From Burkholderiales bacterium 39-55-53 (GTDB taxonomy: Bacteria > Pseudomonadota > Gammaproteobacteria > Burkholderiales > Burkholderiaceae_C), in assembly GCA_002282445.1 (NCBI GenBank), contig NCJK01000008.1, positions 37,817-101,816 on the forward strand: 64,000 bases of DNA, read 5' to 3'. The notes beneath the pieces were generated by a model, which saw only the letters and a list, made by a program, of their open reading frames with translations, was not told the origin of the DNA and searched no databases. A program made the translations under genes and the position numbers. Position 1 is the stretch's first letter, and every line of letters begins with the position of its first letter. Shown here piece after piece: positions 20,530-28,755 of the stretch.

Positions 20530-22107
20530 ATGTCACTGGCTCTGATTCACAGTCGTGCACTTTTGGGTTTGCAAGCACCCGCCGTGACCGTGGAGGTGCA
20601 TTTAGCCAATGGTCTACCCAGTTTCACGCTGGTGGGCTTGGCCGATACCGAAGTCAAAGAGGCGCGTGAGCGGGTGCGCTGCGCCATTCAAAACGCAGGG
20701 CTGGACTTCCCTACTAATAAGAGGATCACCGTCAACCTAGCGCCAGCGGATTTGCCCAAAGACTCGGGCCGGTTTGATTTGCCCATTGCCTTGGGCATCT
20801 TGGCTGCCCACGGACAACTGGACATTGCGGCTTTGACGCAGCATGAGTTTGCAGGCGAGTTGTCTTTGTCTGGCGAGCTTCGACCTGTGCGTGGTGCGCT
20901 GGCCATGGGGCTAGCACTTCGCGGTGCGGGTGTGCGCACGCGTTTGGTGTTGCCGCCGGGCAGTGCTGAAGAAGCCGCACTTGTGCCCACGGCCGAGGTG
21001 TACCGTGCACAGCACCTGAGCGATGTGGTGGCGCACTTTGCCAAGCCAGAACTCAAAGGCTTGGTGGCTCAGCGCGAAGAAGGCACAACGCACGATGTGC
21101 ACACCACCGATGGTTGGTGTCGCATCGAAACACCTCAACTGAGTACGCACCAAGACAAAGTCCCTCACGCACGCGGCCCAGACTTGGCAGATGTCAAAGG
21201 CCAAGCTATTCCGCGTCGCGCGCTAGAGATTGCCGCAGCAGGCGGGCACTCTCTTCTATTAGTAGGGCCACCCGGCACAGGTAAGTCCATGCTGGCGCAA
21301 CGCTTTGCAGCGCTGCTGCCTGATATGACCTTAGATGAAGCTTTAGAGAGTGCGGCCATCGCCAGCTTGGCCGGACGCTTTGAGCTGAGCCAATGGATGC
21401 AGCGGCCCACGCGCAGCCCACACCACACGGCCACCTCTGTGGCGCTGGTGGGTGGTGGCACACCGCCACGACCAGGTGAGATATCTCTCGCGCACAACGG
21501 CGTGTTGTTCTTGGATGAATTGGCTGAAGTCAAACGCAGCGCCTTGGAAGCGTTGCGTGAACCCTTAGAGAACGGCCACATCACCATCTCACGCGCGGCG
21601 ACGCAGGCCAAGTTTCCGGCACGGTTTCAGCTGATCGCTGCGATGAACCCTTGCCCCTGTGGCTACTTAGGTTCTTCGATCAAAGCCTGCCGATGCACGC
21701 CCGACCAAGTGGCGCGTTACCAAGGCAAGCTCAGCGGACCGTTGCTAGACCGCATTGATTTGCAGGTGGAAGTGCCCACGCTGACAGCCGATGTGTTGAT
21801 GCAAACTGCACCTGGCGAGTCCACCGCCACGGTGCGCGCGCGATGCTTGACCGCTCATGCCAAAGCCGTGGCACGACAAGGCACACCCAACCAAACCCTG
21901 CAAGGCCAAGCTTTAGAAACGCACATGCAGTTAGATGTGGCAGCTGCCACGTTTTTACAAAACGCGGCCACCAAACTAGGCTGGTCGAGCCGCAGCACAC
22001 ACCGTGCGCTGCGCGTGGCACGCACCATTGCAGACTTGAGCCACAGCACCACCGTCCAAGTGGCGCATGTGGCAGAGGCCCTGCAATACCGGCGCGTGCT
22101 GTCTTAG
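20530..22107 (+). CDS. comM: YifB/ComM family Mg-chelatase-like AAA+ ATPase
   Basis: Lon-like N-terminal domain, Walker A GPPGTGKS and MCM-like motifs. The ATG at 20530 leaves the NtrC site outside the CDS. Confidence 0.9.
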   Translation: MSLALIHSRALLGLQAPAVTVEVHLANGLPSFTLVGLADTEVKEARERVRCAIQNAGLDFPTNKRITVNLAPADLPKDSGRFDLPIALGILAAHGQLDIAALTQHEFAGELSLSGELRPVRGALAMGLALRGAGVRTRLVLPPGSAEEAALVPTAEVYRAQHLSDVVAHFAKPELKGLVAQREEGTTHDVHTTDGWCRIETPQLSTHQDKVPHARGPDLADVKGQAIPRRALEIAAAGGHSLLLVGPPGTGKSMLAQRFAALLPDMTLDEALESAAIASLAGRFELSQWMQRPTRSPHHTATSVALVGGGTPPRPGEISLAHNGVLFLDELAEVKRSALEALREPLENGHITISRAATQAKFPARFQLIAAMNPCPCGYLGSSIKACRCTPDQVARYQGKLSGPLLDRIDLQVEVPTLTADVLMQTAPGESTATVRARCLTAHAKAVARQGTPNQTLQGQALETHMQLDVAAATFLQNAATKLGWSSRSTHRALRVARTIADLSHSTTVQVAHVAEALQYRRVLS

Positions 22108-22841
22108 GCGCGAGCGCCCAACACAATACCTTCGCGTTGCAATTGCGCTATTACCTCTGCACCTTCGCGCACAAACACATCGGGCTCGGGGTGCGACAAC
22201 CAACGCGCCAACACCATGAAGGCTTGCTCGCCCGTCTGACCTTCGCGCAGCAGGTCGAGTAACTGACCTCTGAACACACTGCTCTCCAACACATGCAACT
22301 CGTCGCTCATGTCGCGCAGCATCGACACATAGGTGCTTTGCATGTCGTCAGGTTTGTGGTCGGTGTCGATGCTGTGCACGGGCCACTCGTAGGCTGCTTC
22401 CACATGCGTGGGGTTGAGCACCACCGCGTGTTGCATCACGTCGGCGCTGGCATTGAAGGCGGGCCACTGCACTGGTGCGGTGTTGACCGCGTTTTGCAGC
22501 CACTCGAAATGCGCCAAGTCTTGCAACAAAGCAGGCAAGGTTTGCATGTCTGGGCTTTCACACACATGATCCACAAATGCACGTTGCGTGGTGCTGGCCC
22601 ACGGCGTGTGGTTCGGCGCATCTTTCAAGAACAAGCGCACGGCATGTTCCCAAATATCTTCGCCCAGCAGGGCTTGCGTAATCGGAAACGCGGGCTCCAA
22701 CACATCGCGTAAATGCTTGACCATTTCTTGCGTGCAAACTGCGGCAGCTTTGGCATCGACACCTTCGGGGGCGGGCACGCTCAATGGGTCGCGCAAGTGG
22801 CGAGCCAAGGCAAATTGATATTGGCGGAAATCGTTCAGCAT
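22104..22841 (-). CDS. DUF2063 (HvfC/BufC-like) paralog
   Basis: Shares ARHLRDP, HTPW, DLAHFEW, VLNP and HKP blocks with the HvfC at 25415..26158. Its start overlaps the upstream gene by 7 nt. Confidence 0.7.
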   Translation of the reverse strand: MLNDFRQYQFALARHLRDPLSVPAPEGVDAKAAAVCTQEMVKHLRDVLEPAFPITQALLGEDIWEHAVRLFLKDAPNHTPWASTTQRAFVDHVCESPDMQTLPALLQDLAHFEWLQNAVNTAPVQWPAFNASADVMQHAVVLNPTHVEAAYEWPVHSIDTDHKPDDMQSTYVSMLRDMSDELHVLESSVFRGQLLDLLREGQTGEQAFMVLARWLSHPEPDVFVREGAEVIAQLQREGIVLGARA

Positions 22842-23560
22842 GTCAGGGCCTCCAAGTTGAGTTGTTTCACATCGTCCACGCAACGCGCCACACGGCGATG
22901 CGTACGTGCGAGCACGTCTCCTAACAGGGGATATTCACGGCCCACACGCACGTAGTCGATGCTGCCTAGTGGCAACGCACGCAAAAACGCATGCGGGTCA
23001 AAGCCATAGTTCAAACCGTTCGCGGCCAGTGCGTGCAGATCCAAATGCAGACTGCAGCCCGATGCTGAAACAACCTCAGAGATGAACTCTGCCTCGTTCA
23101 TCTCCACCAAAGTGGGTGCCATGTGGTGCATCACGTTGCGAATGCCGATGCGCAAACCCAGTGCCTCTTGCACTTGGGCAATGCGTGACACCGTCCACTT
23201 CACCGCTTCGCGAGTGCTGGAGATGGGCAAGTTGATGAACAAGGGCGTGTCGTCAGCACTCCAAGCCAGCGCTTCAGAAAACACTTGGATGCCGTGCTCT
23301 GCAATGAAGCTGCGCAAATCGCGCAACACTTCTTTGTCCAACACGCCGGGGCCGCCCAACGACAGGCTTTGACTCAAACACACACTGGGGTAATGCTGTG
23401 TGAGCTGCTGCAAGTCTTTACCCACCTTGCCGCCGATGCCAATCCAATCGGGAGGGGTGAGTTCTAAAAACTGCAAGTTATCAGGCGCACGGCTTTTCAG
23501 CGGCGCTAGCAGCGCAGGTCGCAGAGCTAGGCCCGCGCCTTGAAGGATGTGATGTTTCAT
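22835..23560 (-). CDS. DUF692/MNIO-like protein with degenerate metal ligands (possible pseudoenzyme)
   Basis: Aligns without gaps to HvfB (26155..26997), but conserved ligand positions are replaced (H->L, EH->EA, E->R, DVNN->DLHA, HVAGH->RVGRE) and the C-terminus is truncated. Confidence 0.65.
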   Translation of the reverse strand: MKHHILQGAGLALRPALLAPLKSRAPDNLQFLELTPPDWIGIGGKVGKDLQQLTQHYPSVCLSQSLSLGGPGVLDKEVLRDLRSFIAEHGIQVFSEALAWSADDTPLFINLPISSTREAVKWTVSRIAQVQEALGLRIGIRNVMHHMAPTLVEMNEAEFISEVVSASGCSLHLDLHALAANGLNYGFDPHAFLRALPLGSIDYVRVGREYPLLGDVLARTHRRVARCVDDVKQLNLEALTC

Positions 23561-23736
23561 AAGGTTGCTTTCATACAAAGTGCCAATGCATGGCTCCAAG
23601 CCTCGTATTCGTCACCGCTTCTGAGAACATGAACAAACGAATTTGCAAATCACCACCTTTTTGATAGCAGCCCCAAAACATCACAAATCGCGTAGGCGTC
23701 ACTCTAAAAATTGAGGCTGCGTATCATTAACAGCCC

Positions 23737-24930
23737 ATGTCTCAAAACCAGTTTCACTCACGCGATGCCCGCTTTGTTTGGGTACTTTCGCTACTGCAAC
23801 TCATCAGTTGGGGAAGTGTGTTTTACGGATTCGCGTTGTTCATGGAGCCGCTCGAACAAGCCTTGAGCATGAGCCGGGCCGAATCGTCGCTGGGGTTTAG
23901 CTTGATGTTGTTGGCCGAAGGCGTGCTGGCTTTTCCTGTGGGCCGCTGGATTGACCGTGGGCATGAACGTGCGGTGATGACTTGTGGCTCGTTGCTGGTG
24001 GCATTGGCGTTTGTGCTGCACAGCCAAATCACCACCGCGCTTGAGTTTTATGCGGTGTGGGCTTTGTTGGGTGTGGGCTTGGCGGGCACTTTGTACCCGC
24101 CTGCGTTTGCGGTGTTGACGCGGCGGTTTCCACAGCACTTCAGACGCGCCATCATCATCCTCAGCTTTTTGGGCGGGTTGGCCAGCACAGTGTTTATTCC
24201 ACTCGTGGCGTGGCTCATTGACGCGTTGGGCTGGCGCGATGCCCTGTGCGCGTTGGCCGCCATGCACCTGCTGGTGTGTGCGCCCGTACATTGGCTGCTC
24301 TTGCGTGATGCGCCACGGCGCGCCGTGTTGGCATCCACACACACCGACAGCGCCACACTTTGGCACTTCGTGCGCCTGCCTCAGTTTTGGCTGCTGGCTA
24401 CCTGTGTGGTGTTGCTCATGGGCGTGGCGTCGGCCCTACCCGCCCACATGGTGAGCCTACTGCGCGAAACAGGCATGGATGAATCATGGGCGATTGCCGT
24501 ACCAGCCAGCATTGGCGTGTTGCAAGTGATGGGGCGCTTGGGTTTATATGTGACCGAGCATCGCGTGGATGTGCACGTCGCCAACCGTTGGGTGACGGTG
24601 CTGATTCCGCTTGGCTTTTTAACGCTACTGATTGGCTCAGGCCACGGGATGTGGGGCGTGTTGTTTGTGGTGTTTTATGGTTTGGGTAACGGCATGCTCA
24701 CCATCGTCAAAGGCACGGTGATGGCGCAATACGTGAGCCGTGAGCACATGGGGAGCTTGAACGGCTTGCTAGGTTTGCCCATGGCACTGGCCCGCGCCGC
24801 AGCCCCTTGGTTGATGGGGCTGCTGTGGTCTGCCGAGGCCGGTTACACCGTGGGTTTGTGGTGCATGCTGGCAGCTAGCGTGGTGGGGGTGGCGGCGTTG
24901 TGGTTGGCACAGCGGCTGCGCAACACGTAA
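23737..24930 (+). CDS. MFS transporter
   Basis: 12-TM profile, 397 aa, with an MFS loop motif GRWIDRGHER. Confidence 0.8.
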   Translation: MSQNQFHSRDARFVWVLSLLQLISWGSVFYGFALFMEPLEQALSMSRAESSLGFSLMLLAEGVLAFPVGRWIDRGHERAVMTCGSLLVALAFVLHSQITTALEFYAVWALLGVGLAGTLYPPAFAVLTRRFPQHFRRAIIILSFLGGLASTVFIPLVAWLIDALGWRDALCALAAMHLLVCAPVHWLLLRDAPRRAVLASTHTDSATLWHFVRLPQFWLLATCVVLLMGVASALPAHMVSLLRETGMDESWAIAVPASIGVLQVMGRLGLYVTEHRVDVHVANRWVTVLIPLGFLTLLIGSGHGMWGVLFVVFYGLGNGMLTIVKGTVMAQYVSREHMGSLNGLLGLPMALARAAAPWLMGLLWSAEAGYTVGLWCMLAASVVGVAALWLAQRLRNT

Positions 24931-25418
24931 TCGAACGACAAACGGCCGGGGCCCATCCACAACAAGGTCCACAACATGCCCATCAGCACCACGGGGTACT
25001 TGAAATTGCCAAAGCCTTTGTCTGTGAACACATAGCCTTGCGCCAGCTCAGTCCAAGTGCGCCATGCCTCGGGCCAGTGCACGCTGGCAATGGCCACCAC
25101 ACTCAGCACCAACAAAGACACCGAAAAGAAGCGAGTGCCAAGCCCGATCACCAAAGCGATGCCGCCGAGCAGCTCAAACCACGTGGCCATTTGCCAACTG
25201 ATGTTGGGTGGCACAAGGTTGAACGGAAACGGAAACTGGTCTTGAATATCTGCAAACCAGTTTTCGCCGTTGAATTTTTCTAAACCGGATTCAAAAAAGT
25301 CCCAGCCCAGAATTAAACGCAGGCTGAGTAGGCCCACCCACAAACCCAGCGCGTCGAATGTGCCAAGGTATTGGTTGAGGCGTGTTTTCATACACACGTG
25401 ATGGATGTTGTGGCTCAT
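24843..25418 (-). CDS. DoxX family membrane protein (HvfX/BufD-like)
   Basis: DoxX-type 4-TM pattern. ATGA start/stop overlap with hvfC. Confidence 0.8.
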   Translation of the reverse strand: MSHNIHHVCMKTRLNQYLGTFDALGLWVGLLSLRLILGWDFFESGLEKFNGENWFADIQDQFPFPFNLVPPNISWQMATWFELLGGIALVIGLGTRFFSVSLLVLSVVAIASVHWPEAWRTWTELAQGYVFTDKGFGNFKYPVVLMGMLWTLLWMGPGRLSFDYVLRSRCANHNAATPTTLAASMHHKPTV

Positions 25419-26158
25419 GGCTGCGTTCCCAAAATGATTTCTTGATCTTGTAGTTGTTGGAGCAAGGTGACACCAAATGCCATCAGCAGTTCGGGCTGCG
25501 GGTGTTGCATTTGTTCAGCGATGAGCTGCATCACTCGTTTGCCGGTCATGGGCTGCGCGTCTAGCAGCGCCAGCACATGAGCGGTAGCAGCATTCACCTC
25601 TGTGAACTGCACCGCATCGTCTGCATCGCGATACACCACCAAATGCGTGTCCATAGGTTTGCGTGGCTTGTGTTGCTCACCTATGCGATGCACAGCCCAG
25701 TCGTAGTGCAAGTCCATGCGTGCAGGGTTGAGGACCACGATCTCTGCCATCAGGTTGCCTTGTGCGTTGGCAACGGGGCGCGTCACGTCCATCACATCTA
25801 CCGCCAGCTCGGCCCATTCGTAATGCGCCAAGTCAGGTAGCCACCGTGGCAAAGGCTGCTTAGGTTGGCCCTCTTGTAAATAGCGCACAAACTCACGTGG
25901 AATGTCTCGAAACCACGGTGTGTGCAAAGGCCAGTCGCGGTAGAAAGTACGGCACAAACGTCGCCAAGCGGTGTCACCCAGCAACTTGCGGCTCAACGGC
26001 ATGCAGGTGTCGATGAAGCCGCACACGTTGTTAAACAGCATCTCGTTGTACACCGCCATGCGCCGTGCGGGCACGCCTGCGGGGCGCATGGTGTGATGTG
26101 GGTCACGCAAATGGCGCGCCATGTCTTGCTGAAAACTCTGAAACAAGGCCGTCATCAC
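25415..26158 (-). CDS. hvfC: DUF2063 RiPP maturation partner (HvfC/BufC family)
   Basis: MARHLRDP N-terminal motif and an ATGA overlap with hvfB. Confidence 0.85.
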   Translation of the reverse strand: MMTALFQSFQQDMARHLRDPHHTMRPAGVPARRMAVYNEMLFNNVCGFIDTCMPLSRKLLGDTAWRRLCRTFYRDWPLHTPWFRDIPREFVRYLQEGQPKQPLPRWLPDLAHYEWAELAVDVMDVTRPVANAQGNLMAEIVVLNPARMDLHYDWAVHRIGEQHKPRKPMDTHLVVYRDADDAVQFTEVNAATAHVLALLDAQPMTGKRVMQLIAEQMQHPQPELLMAFGVTLLQQLQDQEIILGTQP

Positions 26159-26997
26159 GCCACCTTCTTCATGCGTGGCGCTTGCGCCTGCAAACGTGCA
26201 ATCTGCATGACTTCAGCCGTCAGCTCGTCCAAGCTGGGCAAGTTGAAGTCGCGCTCTAAGCAGGTGGGCACATCGCCGCCCATGCGCTCATACGCGGCCA
26301 ATAGCAAATGCCACACGGGGTCGATCACCTCTGCACCGTGTGTGTCGATCAGCAGACCATCGGGCTCTACATAATGACCGGCCACATGCACATAGCACGT
26401 GCGCTCTAGCGGTAAGGTGTTGAGATAGTCCAAGGCGTCAAAGCCGAAATTTTGGCTGTTGACGTAAATATTGTTCACATCCAAATGCAACAGGCAATCT
26501 GCCTCTTTGACCACCGCCGCCACAAACTCGGCTTCGCTCATTTCCGCGCCGGGTGGGGCAATGTAGGTGGATGCGTTTTCAATGCCAATGCGCATTTCCA
26601 AAATGTCTTGCGCTTGCTTGATGCGCCTGGCTGTCCACATCACCGCCTCTTGGGTGCAGGGGATGGGAAGCAAGTCGTACAAGTGCGATTCGTCAGAACA
26701 CCAAGACAAATGCTCGGTGAACAGCTGCATGCCGTGCGCCTTCATGAAGGCTTTGGTTTTGTGCAGCAGTTGTGTGTCCAACGGTGCAGCCCCCCCCAAA
26801 GAGAGGGACAAGCCGTGGCACACAAACGGGTAGCGTTCGGTGAAGTGACGCAAGTCTTTGGCCGACCGGCCTCCCAAGCCAGCCCAGTTTTCGGGCGCAA
26901 CTTCAAAGAAGTCGATGACGTTTGGCACGCTGTGTTTCAGCGGCTCTATCAATTCACGGCGAAAGCCAAGGCCTGCGCCTGAGAGGGGTCGGTTCAT
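26155..26997 (-). CDS. hvfB: DUF692 multinuclear non-heme iron oxidative enzyme (HvfB/BufB family MNIO)
   Basis: All family motifs are present: CHGLSLSLGG, TEHLSW, IENAS, LDVNNIYVN, HVAGH, IDTHG and ERD. Confidence 0.9.
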   Translation of the reverse strand: MNRPLSGAGLGFRRELIEPLKHSVPNVIDFFEVAPENWAGLGGRSAKDLRHFTERYPFVCHGLSLSLGGAAPLDTQLLHKTKAFMKAHGMQLFTEHLSWCSDESHLYDLLPIPCTQEAVMWTARRIKQAQDILEMRIGIENASTYIAPPGAEMSEAEFVAAVVKEADCLLHLDVNNIYVNSQNFGFDALDYLNTLPLERTCYVHVAGHYVEPDGLLIDTHGAEVIDPVWHLLLAAYERMGGDVPTCLERDFNLPSLDELTAEVMQIARLQAQAPRMKKVA

Positions 26998-27027
26998 GAT
27001 GGCGTCACTCCACGCAAGGTTGCTGAA

Positions 27028-27318
27028 TTACTTCTTAGCGCCGCACTTGGCTTCACCGCACTTGCCGTCTTTTTTCTTGTCGCCGCCACAAGAAGCATCT
27101 TTCTTCTTGTCAGCGCCACAGGAGGCTTGCTTTTTCTTGTCTGCACCGCACTTGGCTTCGCCGCATTTGCCGTCTTTTTGCTTCATGTCAGCTTGGGCCA
27201 ATTGGTAGCCACTGTCGAGTTTGCTGGCTTCAAATGGGTTGGCTGCGATAGCGGGGCTGATAGCGGCCACAGCGAATGCAGAGCCCAAAGCCAAAGAGAG
27301 GAGTTGTTGTTTTTTCAT
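27028..27318 (-). CDS. hvfA: HvfA-type Cys-rich RiPP metallophore precursor
   Basis: 96 aa from the ATG at 27318. Sec signal peptide (…SPAIA/ANPF), then six Cys-Gly motifs in a Lys-rich core (GKCGEAKCG...ASCG...ASCG...GKCGEAKCG). Immediately upstream of hvfB. Confidence 0.8.
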   Translation of the reverse strand: MKKQQLLSLALGSAFAVAAISPAIAANPFEASKLDSGYQLAQADMKQKDGKCGEAKCGADKKKQASCGADKKKDASCGGDKKKDGKCGEAKCGAKK

Positions 27319-27373
27319 GATGAGAGTCCTTTGAAAGGTGAGTTGATAATCATGACCAGCGGTCTTTGGGTAA

Positions 27374-27399
27374 TTCGCCGCCGCAAACAAATTGGTTAC
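27374..27399 (-). promoter_or_regulatory. SigF-type ECF promoter for the hvfA operon
   Basis: The minus strand reads GTAACC-aatttgtttgcggcgg-CGAA, an exact match to GTAACC-N16-CGAA, about 50 nt upstream of hvfA. Confidence 0.6.
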
Positions 27400-27422
27400 A
27401 AACATTTATAAAAAGTTTTTCT

Positions 27423-27448
27423 GTAACTTTTCATTCCTCACCAACGAA
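27423..27448 (+). promoter_or_regulatory. SigF-type ECF promoter (autoregulatory) for the sigma/anti-sigma operon
   Basis: GTAACT-N16-CGAA on the plus strand, ending 5 nt before the GTG at 27454. Confidence 0.5.
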
Positions 27449-27453
27449 CTGAT

Positions 27454-28014
27454 GTGACCGTGGATTTACAAACCTTAGAAACCTCACTGCACGCCACCTG
27501 GATTCAAGCGTTAGCCGGACACGCGCCTAGCTACGAAAAAGCGCTGTCAGCCATCAGTGGGCATTTGCGGGCGTTTTTGAAACGTCGTTTGTATTCACGG
27601 CCCCAAGACGTCGAGGACCTCGTGCAAGAAACCCTGTTTGCCATTCATCAAAAGCGACACACCTACCAAAGCGATCAACCGCTGACGGCTTGGGTGTATG
27701 CGATTGCGCGCTACAAGTTGATTGATCACTTGCGCGCTCATTCGCGCCGCGAAAGCAAGCACGACGACATCGACGACTGGGCAGAACAACTGTGGGTCGA
27801 CAACGACAACGAGGCACGCGATGCCTCGCGCGATGTTCACCAGCTGTTGTCCGAGCTGCCCGATAAGCAACGCCTGCCCATCGAGCACACCAAGCTGCAA
27901 GGCTTGTCGATTGCTGAGTCTGCTCAGCTCACGGGGCAGAGCGAAGCAGCTGTCAAAGTCAACATCCACCGCGGGCTCAAAGCCTTGGCCCAAAAGTTTG
28001 GAGTCACACCATGA
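27454..28014 (+). CDS. sigF: ECF RNA polymerase sigma factor (SigF/ECF16-like)
   Basis: Sigma-70 region 2 (DLVQETLFAIHQKRHTY) and region 4 (LPDKQRLPIEHTKLQGLSIAESAQLTG). ATGA overlap with the downstream DUF1109 gene. Confidence 0.85.
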   Translation: MTVDLQTLETSLHATWIQALAGHAPSYEKALSAISGHLRAFLKRRLYSRPQDVEDLVQETLFAIHQKRHTYQSDQPLTAWVYAIARYKLIDHLRAHSRRESKHDDIDDWAEQLWVDNDNEARDASRDVHQLLSELPDKQRLPIEHTKLQGLSIAESAQLTGQSEAAVKVNIHRGLKALAQKFGVTP

Positions 28015-28652
28015 AAACCAACGATCTCATTGCCATGCTGGCGACTGAAGCTAGCGCCACACCGACTGTCTCGCCCTTGCGCCGCTGCGCTCAAGCCACC
28101 GCCGCTGGCGTAGCCATCAGCTTGGCACTGGTGCTAACACTGTGGGGCTTGAACCCAGAGCTGAACGCCCTCGCCCTCACCCAAGCGTTTTGGGTAAAGG
28201 TGGTGTGGCTGGTGCTCACCTGCACATTTGCAATGCCTGTGGTGATGCACTTAGCCCGCCCCGGCGTGGCCGCCGGCCGAGGCGTGTGGGGCATCGCTGC
28301 CGCACTGGTGGGCATGGCCATGCTGGCCTTGGCACAAGTGGCCACAGTGGATGAGGACACAGGCATGCAACTGATGTTGGGCGGCTCTTGGCAAGTGTGC
28401 AGCGCCAGCATTGTGGCGCTGTCTGTTCCGTTGTTGGCGGCTTTGTTGTGGATGCTGCGCGGCATGGCCCCTACGCGCCCAGCCTTGGCGGGCGCAAGTG
28501 CTGGCTTGATGGCAGGCGCGATCGCGGGCTTGGTGTACTCGCTCCACTGCCCCGAAACTGCTTATGCGTTTTTGGCGGTTTGGTATGTGGCGGGCATGGC
28601 CGTGATGACGGGCGTGGGCGCGTTACTAGGTTCACGCTTGTTGCGTTGGTGA
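28011..28652 (+). CDS. nrsF: NrsF (DUF1109) family membrane anti-sigma factor
   Basis: Six-TM protein starting MKTNDLIAMLA. Translationally coupled to the ECF sigma gene. Confidence 0.8.
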   Translation: MKTNDLIAMLATEASATPTVSPLRRCAQATAAGVAISLALVLTLWGLNPELNALALTQAFWVKVVWLVLTCTFAMPVVMHLARPGVAAGRGVWGIAAALVGMAMLALAQVATVDEDTGMQLMLGGSWQVCSASIVALSVPLLAALLWMLRGMAPTRPALAGASAGLMAGAIAGLVYSLHCPETAYAFLAVWYVAGMAVMTGVGALLGSRLLRW

Positions 28653-28716
28653 GGCGTGCGCTGAAGTGCCTCGCTGAGTATTTACACATCACGCTGCAAC
28701 TTCACACGCAGCGCAA

Positions 28717-28755
28717 ACAAAAAAGGCTCCGTGTCAACGGAGCCTTTTTGCTTTT
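28717..28755. terminator. bidirectional rho-independent terminator (nrsF / metH)
   Basis: AAAAAAGGCTCCGT-gtca-ACGGAGCCTTTTT, flanked by an A-run and a T-run. Confidence 0.7.

Noticed and set aside
23571-23681. A 36-aa ORF (MFWGCYQKGGDLQIRLFMFSEAVTNTRLGAMHWHFV) 10 nt upstream of the degenerate DUF692 gene, considered as a possible missing RiPP precursor.
   Set aside because: It has no signal peptide, no Shine-Dalgarno sequence, only one Cys and no resemblance to HvfA/bufferin cores. It is probably a chance ORF and worth only a ribosome-profiling check.
27041-27180. Repetitive DNA that looks superficially like a short tandem-repeat or CRISPR-like array.
   Set aside because: The repeats are in frame and encode the reiterated Cys-Gly/Lys-rich modules of the hvfA precursor. 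There is no spacer/repeat periodicity, and no cas genes are present.
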